Shown: one piece after another, positions 11,469-24,177 of the stretch
Layout of the letters: the number at the start of each line of letters is the position of its first letter
Position numbering within the stretch: the first letter of the stretch is position 1
Source: Vezdaea acicularis
Lineage: Eukaryota
DNA: 64,000 bases
Reading direction: 5' to 3'
Assembly: GCA_026025075.1 (NCBI GenBank)
Contig: JAPEUI010000066.1
Coordinates: 1-64,000, forward strand
The notes under the pieces: generated by a model
Database searches by the model: none
What the model was told of the DNA's origin: nothing
Seen by the model: the letters and a program-made list of their open reading frames with translations, nothing else
Made by a program: the position numbers and the translations under genes

Positions 11469-14400
11469 CTAAGCCCTAGCAATAGGTTTCTGCGCATAAA
11501 GGTCCGCCACGAGCATGAATGTGTCTCGCAGGGGGGGCGCCGCAAAGGCGGGCCCCGTGTCAAATACCTCCGTCAAAGCCTCTTTCGGCACAACGGGTAC
11601 TTCATAATCGTCTTCATCCTCGTCCTCGTTTTCGTCCGTACTCCTACGAGCTTTTAAGACGGAGCCACCCCCGAAATCCAAGTCGAGATTCGCGCCCTTG
11701 TCCACCCTAGTATCTGGGTCTGAAGCAGCGTCTTCGCCGAGAGTAAGCAGCTTCTGGCCAGTGAGTCGGCTATAGATGTCTTTCAGAGTAGTGGTCTGTT
11801 CATCTTCTAGCGCCGCGGGTTCGGGTGGAGTAGGGAGGGCAGCGAGGCGATTTGGGGAGAGGATGCGGATTTCGGCCGCGGAATCGAGGACGAGGTAGCC
11901 GTTTGATGTTTTGTGCGGATGCAGGGCCGAGACGTTGTGCGGGAGGTCCACAGTGCAGAGCGGGTCAGGCTTCATTGGATCGAAGACCGCGACGCGCGCG
12001 TTTGGCGCTTCAGGTTGGCTATCCATACCGTGGGCGAGAGGGAGAGCGATGGCGAAAGTTTCTGCGGATCTTTGAAGGGAAAGGAGGATCCGGACGTGTT
12101 TGTCCATCAGGTACTCACCCATGGAGCTAGGGTGATGGGTGTATTGGACCGTGTCCGTGACAACATCATAAACTACTAGTTGGTCGGAAAGAGCGATCAG
12201 ATAGCGACCGAGAAGCCCAAGAGCGACGAGTGTGCCAGACGTGATGCCTTCCCGGGTATGCCGGACTTGGCCATTTCTCGTGTCGATGAAATGAATCAGT
12301 GTGGTGGTAGAGGAGTCAGGCCTCTGTATAGCGGCGACTAATAACGATCCGTCGTTTGAGAACGACAACGTACCCATAACAGATGCCCCCGGCGAATCAG
12401 GATACAACCCAAGTGGCTGGATGACTCCGTCGAGGGGTATTATCTGACGGCAGCTCCAGCTCATGAGTTCCTTTTTATTGTTATCGCGCATAACTATTCC
12501 GTCTTGTACGCGGACCTTAGGCCTCCAGAGCTTCACGAAGCCATCTTCGCCTACTGTCGCAAAGCCATGTGAAATGGGGTCAGAAACCATGTCTAAAATC
12601 AAGCCTGCAACCCATTCGTCACTGACGCTGGCATGAGGAGCGTCGACCCGGGTGACAAGAGCCCATTCATGTGATCCCTTGTGCCATGACCAGAATTTGA
12701 GATAGATTTCGCGACGGCGATCAAGCTCTTCGGACAAATCTGTATCGTCCAATGTCAAGTGAGAGAGGTCCTTCGGAGGAGGGCCCCATTTGTCGACTGT
12801 CGCTAGCCATTCGCCATCGTGGCTGATCTGTATAACTTGTACTTCTGGCTCCGATATACGGGTGAAGTCTCCGCCAATCTTTTTATTGGTGATGTTCGTC
12901 CAGGCCAACGCCTGCCTCAAAAGTTGATGCGATGAGCTTACGTCGTAGGTTTGCAGATATGGTGCACCGTTTTCTGAGGACTCTATTTGAGCAGAAGGAG
13001 CGGCGAGTAGGAGTTTTGATGGATGTACGGGATTGACGACAGAAGGTGACGCTGGAAATCTGAACCCATGCTGGCCTGCAGGCTTTGCATATCGAGCTTG
13101 GATGCCTATTATGTGACACTTCGCCTGGAGGTCGGCCGTAGATATCACAACAATCGAGTTGTCCGCGAGACTTAAAGCGTAGGATGTGCCTGTTGGTGAC
13201 ACAATGGCACTCTCAATTATTGAGGGGAGATGTGGAAGATATTGCTGTTTGTTAGTGTCCATCTGCCACAGAACAAGTACTGACTCAGAGCCACCCGATA
13301 TGACATAGTTCCCTATGATCAGAGTAAGTACTACAGAACAGATTACGTAAAGACAATGTTATAGACTTACCATCGGCAGACCAAGCGACCGTCCTGACGG
13401 GCTCACGGTGCCAATGCTGCTTGCGAGGAACAATCGAGAAGCTGCTCCGTTGCGGATTTGTCTCCTCATACGCAATAAGGCTATTGAGGAGATCGTCGTA
13501 AATGTGAACAGACCCATCATTATTGCCCGTCACAACGTCCATTTGAACGTTTGTGGCCGCTCTCTTTCGCTTCTCTTTGGCCCCTTTGCTGGGAATGGAC
13601 AACACTCGCAAGTCGAAGCAGTTTATTCCTTTTGGAACTACCATTTCTCGCCATTTGTATGAGAGCGACGGCAAGAGTTCTTTGCTCAAAGACTTCGTAC
13701 TTGTGGTTTCCTGGTCATCGCCCTGCTCACGTATACCCACAAGGAGATGATGCCCTAAGCCTGCGATAATCACGTGGCCGTTAGGTGATACGCTAAGGGA
13801 GGCTATTTGCGCTTGGCCCTGTTTGATGAAGATCTCTTTCGATTCGACTATCCTCTGGTTTTTGCCGTGTTGTAGCAAATACGCGACGATTCGAGAACCG
13901 CTGCTCACTGATTCCGTAGTAAGGATGAGTTCTACTGTAATCCCCGAAGATTTCATGAGCACAGCCGAGATGCTTTTGGGGCACCGTCCAAGCTGCCATT
14001 CACCCAGTCTTTCCCCATTTTTCCAATCCCAGAGCTGCAAGAGCCCTCCCTCTGAACAGATATATAGATGATCAGAGTTGGTCGGTGAGAGGACCAAGTC
14101 TTGAATAGAGGTCTTTCGCGAAAGGGTTGAGCTAAGGGGTATCGTACGGACCAGAGATGACGTTGCAGTCGAGTATACTCGAACTGCAGATCGAACACCG
14201 ACGAGAATAAAACTATCAAAATCTATTTAGTCGGAGTTTAAATATGTGGGTTAATATAGAGCGAGATCGGACCCACTTTTCATCCTTGGAGAATATAGGA
14301 GGCTTTGGAATTTGTCGACCTCCGATGGTATCTGATATCTGCCATCCTTGTACTCCTGGAATATTCATACGTACGCCCGACAATTTGTTGGTATTCAAAG

Positions 14401-15058
14401 CGGGCGATGCTCTCGTTGAGAACTCCGAATTGGCATCGGCGGTCTTCGCATTGCCGTCAGAAAAGCGCTTCACAGTGTTCGTGCCCTTCACAGACTTTGC
14501 TCGCAGCTTGCCCTCATTGTCGTCCTTCTTCCATCTTTTCTCGCCTTTCTTAGGGTGTATCTCAGAAGACGCATTTAGATGGTGTGGTGCTTCAACGACT
14601 TTTGCTTCCTCCGCTTCCCCCAAGACCTTCCATTCACGACTTTTCTCACGGCGGCGCTCCCCCTTGCGTTTGATAGCAATCGGATCGTCTAGGCTAGTTC
14701 CTCCAACATGTTTCATCGAGTGGGATGCAGTGGACTCCTGTGTGGTTACCCGTTCGTGGGTAGTCCGTTTATTCGGCAGCTGTTCTGGGGCCTTGGCTAG
14801 CATTTTCGAAGGCTTGGACCGTGGCGTGAGTCTATCCAATTGTCCGGTCTTTTGTTTCTTAGCTTCGCGTTGGCCGTCGGAGGCACTTTCGCCTTCTCTT
14901 CGTCTCTTTCCATGAAGTTTCCGTGGCCGCAATTCGTTGGATTTTGCGTCAATCGGAGGCGCGTCCGCGGAAACTTGAAGGGGAGCATCCAGTTCAATCT
15001 TCGATTGGCTGCTCTTGCTCGGGCGCTTGCGCCCGGTTTTCGTTTTGTGATCCGCCAT
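11469..15058 (-). CDS. NAN1: U3 snoRNP t-UTP subunit Nan1/Utp17 (WDR75), WD40 protein with a long basic N-terminal extension
   Basis: Spliced ORFs 14216-15058, 13285-14097 and 11469-13262. Motifs GGRQIPKPPIFSKDEK, HWHREPVRTVAWSADG, SGGSESVLVLWQMDT, YLPHLPS, SHDGEWLATVDKW, YLKFWSW. Confidence 0.88.
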
Positions 15059-15348
15059 TACCGGCTAGCGGGGTAACTGGCAGTGAGAATGTCAAATAAA
15101 TGTAGCTGACATTCAATTCCACGAACTAACTCTGAAAATTATTTGCCGACCCTCAAAGTGTGGTCGGTCAGAAATTCGCGCTAACCCAATCTGACTTAGG
15201 ACGATCTCGGAAGTTTTCTTTGGAGCCGCAACACTTCAACCCAAGGAATGGCGACGACAAAAAAATTGCCCGTTTCTTTCACTCGCTCAAGCAGTCTCCA
15301 CCGCATAAGACTCAGCATTCTCCCAGGAACCCTCCAAAAAAGCACAAC
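15059..15348. promoter_or_regulatory. 290-bp bidirectional promoter shared by NAN1 and RPB10, with an RRPE-like element
   Basis: Head-to-head start codons. TGAAAATTATTT at 15133-15144 resembles the RRPE consensus TGAAAAWTTTY. Confidence 0.5.
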
Positions 15349-15833
15349 ATGATCATACCAGTGAGATGTTTTTCTTGCGGCAAGGTAAGATCCACAAGCA
15401 TCTTAGGGCATTCCTACGACTAAATATCACATTTAGGTGGTTGGCGACCTTTGGGAGCCTTATCTCAAAAAGCTCCAGGAAGGCAAAGCCGATGCGTATG
15501 TCTACTAGTCCCACGTCCAGGTTCTATCCAGTCGCCTTGTGCTTCGTGGCCACCTCTCTTGTGCTGACCCTACACCTGTAAATAGTCTTGCGATGGATGA
15601 GCTGGGCTGCCGCCGTTATTGCTGTCGACGCATGCTCATGACCCACGTTGATCTGATTGAAAAGCTACTAAGGTGAGCATCTATTTCTGGATACAGGTGT
15701 TCCTTGAAGGATGCCAAATGCGTCAGACAGAGCGTTTGGCTGTCGAGTCTCCAAGGGCTATCTCGCGGACAACGCTAATGTAGGACCTGCGCTTAGGTAT
15801 AATCCAGCCGAACGGGTCATGGAGAAGGAATAA
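15349..15833 (+). CDS. RPB10: RNA polymerase I/II/III shared subunit Rpb10 (RPABC5), 72 aa, 4 exons
   Basis: Exons 15349-15384, 15437-15495, 15586-15672 and 15797-15833 give [19 protein letters not shown]...[30 protein letters not shown]. Confidence 0.97.
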
Positions 15834-18478
15834 TCGCGTCTATGTCGCTCCAGCTCAGAATAGCAACATGTAGGGAAGGTGCGGGCGTCTCTTTGGCGTC
15901 AAAAGTGATAAGCGCGGGTTAGGCGCCAAGAAGCGTTAAGAGAGCGAGTATCTGATTTTAATACCTCAACCTATCGATCCATGGAATTGAATGCTTATTG
16001 AACACAACATGCAACAAAACGCCGTTGAGATATCACAAATATGTCTCGGGCTATTATTACTTGGCGTCTTTTTCTTTGATGTGTTGGAACGCAGCCCTAT
16101 GTCCACAAATGTTAGCGTAGCGGAGGTGATGCCAAGCTTTTTCCTGCTTCTCTCGAAAGGATCCAACCGTCGCGCAAGGACTGCTGCCGAAAAATGTTGG
16201 ACTGCATTCATCATGCAGGCGGGCATTGGTCGGCAATAACCAGGTCCATGGATCCGTCTGGAGAGCCCCCTTGTCTAGAGGATGCGCCACTTCAAGCGTT
16301 TGAGGGATTGCTACAAGTCACGACAGGGTCTGGGTCCCTTGAAATTCTCCGAACGTCTCGAGTGTATGTAGAAGTCACGCGTGGGAGTGAGTAGAAGCCG
16401 TTGCCATAGAGCTTTGCTTTGCTTGCCTGTATGAAGCGTTCTTCTCGATTGAGCAGCTGAGAGTGCGATCGTTGTTGTGGAGGATTCGTAGCCTAGCGAG
16501 CGAAGGTTTCCTCCTCATCGCCCGTTTCCGCAAGGGTGACGCGTGTGCCCATGGTGCAGCAATGGCCTGTTGCTTTCATCCTCTGCAATCTTCGATCTCC
16601 TGAGCGGGACAAATCCAACGTGACGGTCTAGGCGAATGCCAAGCCGTCAGAGCCGCCACCCAGGAGAAGGCTCCTCAGCGGAGCCACGATCGCGTCGATG
16701 GTTAAACCAGAACAGGCTGGTAGAATGCTCCATACTGAGCTTGAACCGCGTGTTGGAAAAGATGGCTGAACCGGACCGCAAAACCAACAAGGACGGACGG
16801 TCCATAAGTCTGGAAGCTGGGACCAGACGGCGTGCGGCACGGGGAGTGATTGGCGGGAAATACAGAAAAGAGGGCCTCGGCTAATTGGAAATTGAGACGG
16901 ACTGAAAAGAATAGCGCAGGGGGCGAGATTGATTGGATAGGCACAGAGGAGGTAAGTTCCGGGGACAAAAGCACATCTTGCGTGCATTCAAGAATCAGCA
17001 GTGACCGCGAGACCCGGCGGAACTCCCAATGGCGAGCGGGAAAGGAACAACGTTGGAACGGTGCGAAGGCAGCGAATGGAGCGCGCACCCTCTCCGTCTC
17101 TCGTGCAGGACGCCCGGCGCTTAACTGCGACCGGGGTCCCTGGCGACGTGCAGATCGCTAAGCGTGCGTAATTGGACCAGAACACCAAAGCACAACCATC
17201 ACCAGCGACACAGCTGCTGAACGGTGCGCGCCCAGCCCGCCATCACGAAGGGGTCGGGGGAGCTAGCAAGATGGTGGAGGAAGGTCTGCGCCCGCAGACT
17301 GGCTCGTTCGGCGGCCGCTCGCGACCATCTTCCTCATCAGCCCGTCTCTTCGGCAAGCGCAAACTGGAAAGGGGGAGGGGGAGGAGCTCGGAGGGAGGGG
17401 CAGAAACAAAAGTCCCCCCATTGAATGGCCTGCTCGCGATAGGTTGCGATCCCAGGGTTACACGACCCTCACCCTCATCCTCGTCTCATTCAATTACATG
17501 ACGCCGACCTTGGCTTACTCTGCAGAACAACGCGCCGACGAATGCAACGTAACGGATAAGGAAGAATGGGCGTGTAAGAGCCAAAGAGAACGATACCACG
17601 AAGCAGGGGTCCTTCGACGCGGATAGCAGATGATCAGAGCTCAGCAAGTCAAGGCTCATGGCACAAGTCCGGCCCCCAATCCTGGCCCTTGGTCCCATCG
17701 GAGACCATCGTGGGCTCACACCAGCCCGTCGCCATACTACTGTGAGGCTAACACACATGGCACGCAGCATCATCCCCTTCGCCCGCACATATCGCGTCTA
17801 TGGCCATCCGCCGCGCCGCTCTTTGCGGCGGGAAAATGGGCCTTTCTGCTATGCGCGGCCACTCTGACCAGCTCTCCATGCTTTTTCAGAGCCAGCGCGA
17901 CTGCGGCACAGCTTCTTGACAGGCGTAAAATCTGTCATCATGTTGTTGCCCAGGAGTGAAAAAGACGCCAATGGCTATTTAGACGTGATAAGAAAATATC
18001 TCCGCTTGCTAGGGTTGGCTAAGGCGTGTGCAATCCCCCGTGCCCATGACCTAGAACGGAGATAGAAGCAGGCATAATTATAATTGCACTTGATCATTTT
18101 TGCACCGCGCACCCTGAACTGTGCTTCCAGAACGAGACCACGCTGGCGGCATGGCTTATTTTTTCTGCCTTGGCCGGTAATAGAGCCATTTTCGAGGTGG
18201 CCGAAACTGCAGCCGCATCGAGACTTACTTGAGAGATCCGTCTGCCCACTTCTCCGAAAGCTGTCATTGCAACCCCCAAAACCCCAACGCCTTCAACCAT
18301 CCCGCCGGGACCTCGAGAGATCCTCATTGCATGCGTGGTGCTGGGCCGCTGGAGCTCTTACCATCTCCCGTCCGCCGCGGGTCCTCTAACGTATCTTTCG
18401 CTACTACTGCTACGCCCTCGGAACAAGCTGCAACTTCAAGCGGCAGTTGTCGCGCTGCCTGACCATCCCACCTACCAA

Positions 18479-20876
18479 ATGATGGCTGTGGCATCACCAC
18501 TCATGCAATCGCCGGAGAATCTTATGTCGGCATTCTCGCCCTTCACTGACTCTCCAAGTTCGCCCGCTCTACCCAGATCTCCACGTTATTCAGGCGGCTT
18601 CATGTTAGTCACTCTCTTAACCCGCGTCCGGCCGTGAAAAGGTGGCCTTGTTGACTTGTGAATGTGATAAAGGTCCGCAGAACAGGTACAGCAATCGCAC
18701 GACAGCCTCAAGCTTCCACAGTCACCGGTCGACTCGGGACCTTCACCGGTCTCGGTGGAATCGAACCAGTCGAATGGCACCGAGAGCACGGATATCGAGG
18801 ACTCGCCAGCAGTCGAGGTGAACGAGCGCAGCCTGCTCGATCGACCTCAGACGGGTCAGTCGGGCTCGTTGCGATCTGAAATCTCGGTGAGTGGTACCTT
18901 ACAAGAGCAGACGGGAGCAAGTTTTGAGTAGAGCTAACCTCCGTTGGTGTAAAGTCGATAGATACGACGATTGCCGTGAACAGAGACCGAGCGGATTCCG
19001 ATGGCACGCCTCAATCAGTCATTCATGCGCCCCAAGGATTTCAGACATTTGTGAGATTGATCCTCCTGCCAAAATGATCCACGTACTGACAAATTGCCAC
19101 TGAAGGAGAAGAAAGAAGTAGAGTCACCCAAAAAGAGGGTTTCGTCCCCAACCGGTCGGTCGACGCCGTCACCAGCGCAACGATCTGATTTTGGTGGCAA
19201 GAACTCTCCAATACAAACGACAGGCATTAAAGCATCCACAGTATATACCCTAAGGTTGTACATAGTCACACAAGCGCTTACAATCCAACCAGGATAATAA
19301 TGACAGTCCCCAGTCGCCTCCTCCAATTTCAACAGCAATTCACCCTGCGAAATTCTCTCTTGAAAACGCCACGCCGAGGGCACAGACAAGACAGGAGGCG
19401 GAAATGCTACAAGAGAAGCCCCGTGGCAGGCGTTCGACGAGTTTAGAAGGTATGTTCCACCTCGGTCGTAAAATACTCTGCTAACCTTCTGAAGATATCC
19501 CCGAGGTTCACGATAATGAGCAATACATAGAAGAAGAGTACACAGAGGACGAGTTCGATTCTCCAATTCAAACATTCAAGTCGCCAGTAGAAGACGAGAT
19601 TGACGCATTAAAAACAGCCTTAAATGAGTGCTGGACGCTCTGCAACACGCTGGCTAACCTGAGTTCGATACATCGAGAGAGGATATTCAATTTTGCAAAG
19701 ACAGGCGCAGGAGATATACATGAACATGCGTGGAAGTGCTGTTGGAGGCTATGTCAGAAGCTGTACGACAGCCGGGACGACAATCGGGATCATCACGTCA
19801 GACCTACTCTAGACTTATGCCGGGACTTTTGCCTTGCACTCTTCGAGATTCGGCAAAGGAACGATGAAGTCGCGGACAGCGTACTTCGAGTCAGCTTCGA
19901 GCTGAATAATCATCTGTATAATACCCATGACCGCAATCTGCCAGAAGCCTTTCGGGAAAGGACTCTAGACTTCTACATCACCCTCTGCCACAGGCTTATG
20001 AAGCAACGCAGTGGTCTCGCAGAAGAAACCGACTCCCTCCTCCGTGCCTGCTGGTCCCTTGCTGAAATGCTCTTCTCGCTCCGCCAGAACAAGCGGGACG
20101 GCAAGCCCGCCGATGAAGAACTGCTCGGCTCTGCCGTTCAAGCCTGCTGGGAGCTCTGCGACCTCTTCCGCGAGGGTTGGACCCAAGTCCGTCCAGACCG
20201 CGGCACCCCGCGCCCCTCGCAAACAACCTTCACCCACCAGTCTACCTACCCCCAACAGCAGCCCTCCTCCCGCACCGTCTCGCGCCTCGAGGAACGCCCG
20301 GAAATGGAGCCCGAAACACCTACCACGATCTTCGATGACGCCCCCATCTCCCCAGACGACATGCCCGCCCCCAACATCCTCGTCATCGGCACCGATAACA
20401 CGCGGCAGCCTGACCCGCGCTGGTCCTCCGCCAACTCCACGCACTCTGGCTCCGTCCGCTCATCCTACACCCAGAGCACGGCCTCCGGCTCCACCGCCAC
20501 CGTCGGCGGCACCGACAGCAACCTCCTCCGCCTCAAAATCCTCATCGCCCGCGCCGCCATGAACTACGGCTTCCAGCGCCAGTCAGGCCAGACGCTGCAC
20601 ACCTTTGTCAAATCCCTCGCGCCGACCGCGTTCGGGAGCCTGCCCTGGCAGATGCAGCTGCTGGAGAAGTACCGCACCATGGTCCTCACAGACAGCGCGT
20701 TCAGGGCTCCAGCGGAACTGCCGAGCCGCCGCACGACCGCCGGCGAGGTCGCTCGCGCTATTGGCAGTATGGGTAGCTCGGGCAAGCATGCCTGGCTGAA
20801 AGATCTCTTCCGTCTTGTCTTCGGCTTCCGGACAGAGGAGATGGGCGAGCGGGCCGCCGTGCCTATACAGACGTAA
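18479..20876 (+). CDS. Conserved fungal hypothetical protein (disordered S/P-rich N-terminus, helical Cys/Trp-containing core), about 6 exons
   Basis: In-frame splice path from MMAVASPLMQSP to a long final exon containing EIDALKTALNECWTLCNTLANLS, AWKCCWRLCQKLY, LRVSFELNNHLYNTHDRNLP and AVQACWELCDLFREGW. GC3-rich codon bias. Confidence 0.8.
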
Positions 20877-21379
20877 GTGCGAGCACACGGAGAGAAGGAG
20901 AGGGAAACACGAACAAAGGGGGCGCTCAGATTAGGGTAGGGGCGGCTGCGCTGCGGGGCTGGTGTGGTTATGTGTATGCTTTTCTCGATGACGCGTTCAG
21001 CGCTTGCGCATTTCTTGCCGCTTGTCTTATACGAACTCTTGAAGGGACTTGATTTTCTTTGTTCCGTGGAGCCTGGGAGGAACACTCGTTATTTCTCGTC
21101 GTCGTTTGGGCTGTGGGCTGGGCTGTTATATACCAGGCGTCTGCGGTGCTTCAGCGGAGTCTCATATATGCATACATCGTTTCATGACATGGCACAAATA
21201 TGACGGTGTCAAGTTGGAGAAGAGAAGAAGAAGCTGTTTCTGGTCTAGCTCCCATGAGAAAGAAACTGCACCGACTCGAGTGAAGAACGCCCTCCAAAAT
21301 GCGGCCTCCCTGACAACAGCCAAACGGGGTTTTCAGGCAGTATTACTAAGAAGGGAAAACTCAGAGAAAGGCACAACGT

Positions 21380-23602
21380 CTACATGCCCAACAGCTTCCC
21401 CATGAGGCTCTTCGCCTCGGGCGCCCGCCGCGCGGGCGGCGTGTCCATCTTGCTGATGACCAGCGCCTTCGCGACGAGCTTCTGGCGCTGCTGTCCCTTA
21501 TCGTCGGCGCCGAGCTTCCACATAGCAGAGCGGATAACCATTAACTCGCGGCCGATGCGGCCGTCCTCGGGGTTGGGGTACGCGCTCTCGGGCTTGACGA
21601 TCTTGAGGGTCTTTGCGTTGATGAGCTCGGCGAAGCGGAAGGCGGTGTGGTAGAGGATATCACCCTCGCGGTAGTCTTTATACATGACGAGGCCGTCGCG
21701 CGGCTCGATGCAGTATTTGGAGGTCGAGAGGGCGATGTTCATGGCGAGGGAGACGGCGGGTTGTGTGATGCGCTTGTGGAAGTCGTCGATGATGCTGGTG
21801 GGGTTGTCGTTCTCGGGGAAAAGGGGCGAGAGCATGACCAGCGTGTCGTCCGTGATGGCTTTTTCGCGGGCAATGCGCGCCGTGCGGACTTTGGGGGTGT
21901 CGAGAAGTGAGCGTAGCGTTTCGGAGCGCCAGGTGTTTATTGTTGTGGGGTCTGTGAGGAGGTTAAGTATAAGTTGTTGCGAATAGTTTTGTCAGAGATT
22001 TGGCGGATGGAGGATATATACAAGCATAGAACATGCTTGTGAAAAATGGCCTACTCCATTGAACGAGGAGGCCTTAATTATTTGTAGATAGGGGCATGCT
22101 TTGGGGGGGCTCCCAAGAATTGGGGAATTCTGCCGCATCAAGAAGTCTGAAGCATACGAATACGAAAACAGAACTTACCACGAGGAGGTTTGAGGGTTCT
22201 CATCGAATCTTCGATGTCTTTTAGAAGCGTGGTCGTAGCTTCGTCTATGCCAAAGCAAGCCCAGGAACTATTGAAGACGGCTTTATCGATATGCCGGAAG
22301 ATGATGTGTTGCACGATCAGACTATCAGCCATGGAGTTTTCCTTCAGTATTACAGGTCCAAACTCTTCCAGTATCTCACGCAGATTTTCGTCAGCAAGCT
22401 CAGCGATACGTGGGAGCACGGTTGGAAGGTCGATATCCGAGTCCATGAACAGAGCATCGACCCACTTCCCGATGTTCCGGAGTAAAGTGTCGTACTGGCC
22501 CGAGAAGTCCGAGTCTGTCGAATCATCTCTTGGTTGTAAGCGGAAGACTTCACTCTTGAGGTCCTTCAGGTCATTCAACACGACTTTGTGGTTTTCCTTC
22601 ATGCGCTTCAGCTCAGCCACTGCCTCGTTCTTGTCTTGAATGGCTTGCTGCGTCTGAGTATGAAGGCTGCCTTGGTGGTTACGATATCTTTCTTGAAAGG
22701 TTCGTAGGCTATGCTCCCTCAACTTCACAAGCTCTTCCAGATGTCGTACATGATCCCAAGCCTCATGCTCATCCGCGCGAGCCCTGGTGATCTCGTTTCT
22801 GTAATATGCCGCCTGCTGCTTTTCGACGGCTCCCTGCCGCTCCATGAGTTCATTTTCATGATCTCGCTCCAATCTGCGTACTATACTACGGACTTTTTCG
22901 TTCACGAACTTTTCCCAAATCTCACCGAAGACTTCATGAAGGACGGCTGATATTGCCCGAGACGCAAGGCTGTCGCCTCGCCGGGGCTTTGTCTCGATGG
23001 GTCTCAGCGCAATGCTGTGGCTCTTCGAGTTGCTTCTATGTAAGACGTTGTATTTACTCGTACCCTCGGTTCTACCGCCTTTCGACCGTAGTCTAGAGCT
23101 GCTCTCTGAATTTGTCGCTTCCGCTGCTTGAGCTTCAAGGGCGGCTTGGCTGCGTGCGGCGAGAGCACCTAGAGCCGCCGAAGAAGGCTCATCCATTTCC
23201 GGCTGCTCTTCTTGCCGAAGTGATGCATGTCTTGGAGGTGGAACTGGAGCTTTGTCTTCTGATCCAGCCTCAGTCTCCGAGGTGGCCTGGGGTTTTGACG
23301 ACTCTACTCTCGTCTCCCTTTCCTCGTTCGGTGCTGGTTTCTGCCGTTCGGTCTCTCCATCGCGGTTGTTTGGATGAAGCTTTTCTGGAACATCCGTAGC
23401 ATCCTCATCCTCATCCTCTGGAGGCGGCGCTGGAAGCTCTCTCTTGGTGGCCAAGGTTTTTGAAGTTTGTTTGGCCTCTGGGAGGTCAAGGTTCTGCGTT
23501 CAATATTCAGTGCTGGACGCGATTGGCTGATTGCTGGAGCTCGCTTACCTCCCAATCCATCTCCTCCATCTCCTCAGCAGCTTGGATGTTTGCCTTTTCC
23601 AT
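21380..23602 (-). CDS. Coiled-coil protein of unknown function (646 aa; exons 23602-23549, 23493-22179, 21951-21380); C-terminus possibly GrpE-like
   Basis: Canonical splice sites give a 1941-nt frame. Acidic disordered N-terminus, long heptad-rich region, then a helical domain with TINTWRSETLRSLL and a terminal LMVIRSAMWK...KLVAKALVI motif. Confidence 0.82.
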
Positions 23603-24177
23603 TTTGTGGTCAATGGCCCGATTTCAACTAAAATACCGCCTCTCAGGGCGATGACGGATACTCTGGATTGATATATGGAGTGCTTCGAAAAGGATTCCGC
23701 ATGCTTCTCCCGGCGCGAGGCTGCGAGCTGCCCGTTCAAGAGACAAGGCTGCACGTACTAGCTGCTCAGCCTCCAGGGGGCATGTCCTGCCCTCTTCACG
23801 TCTTCGTAGCCTTGTCTATGGGACACGTCGTACATGCATGGTATAGTTTGACAACCCTTGGCTAACCGCTCAAGCGTCAATGATGCGATAGACCGGTGCC
23901 GTCGGATTGGACGCCCTCATTCGCCGTGTGTGGCAGATGTGGAGCGTGATTGGTCCCCACTGCTTGACACTGCTAAACTTCTTGCGGGAGCCTTGTTGAT
24001 GTCGAGGAGTCATTCTGCCTTGCACCTCCGCTTCCTCATGTGAGCTTCCGTATTCCGATAAACGCTGCGGCGATGCGGGGAGTACATAGATCATGAGAGA
24101 CCCCCCCGGCTTGGACTGGCAAGTTTGATACTTCGCAAGACTTAAAGGCCAGTTCATCGAGAGCTCGAGCAATCAAG

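Noticed and set aside
15834..18478. 2.6-kb gene-free interval as telomerase RNA or another long ncRNA
   Set aside because: No TAACCCTAA template or recognisable snRNA, RNase P/MRP or SRP motifs found by eye. The ORFs are not protein-like. An Infernal search would be needed.
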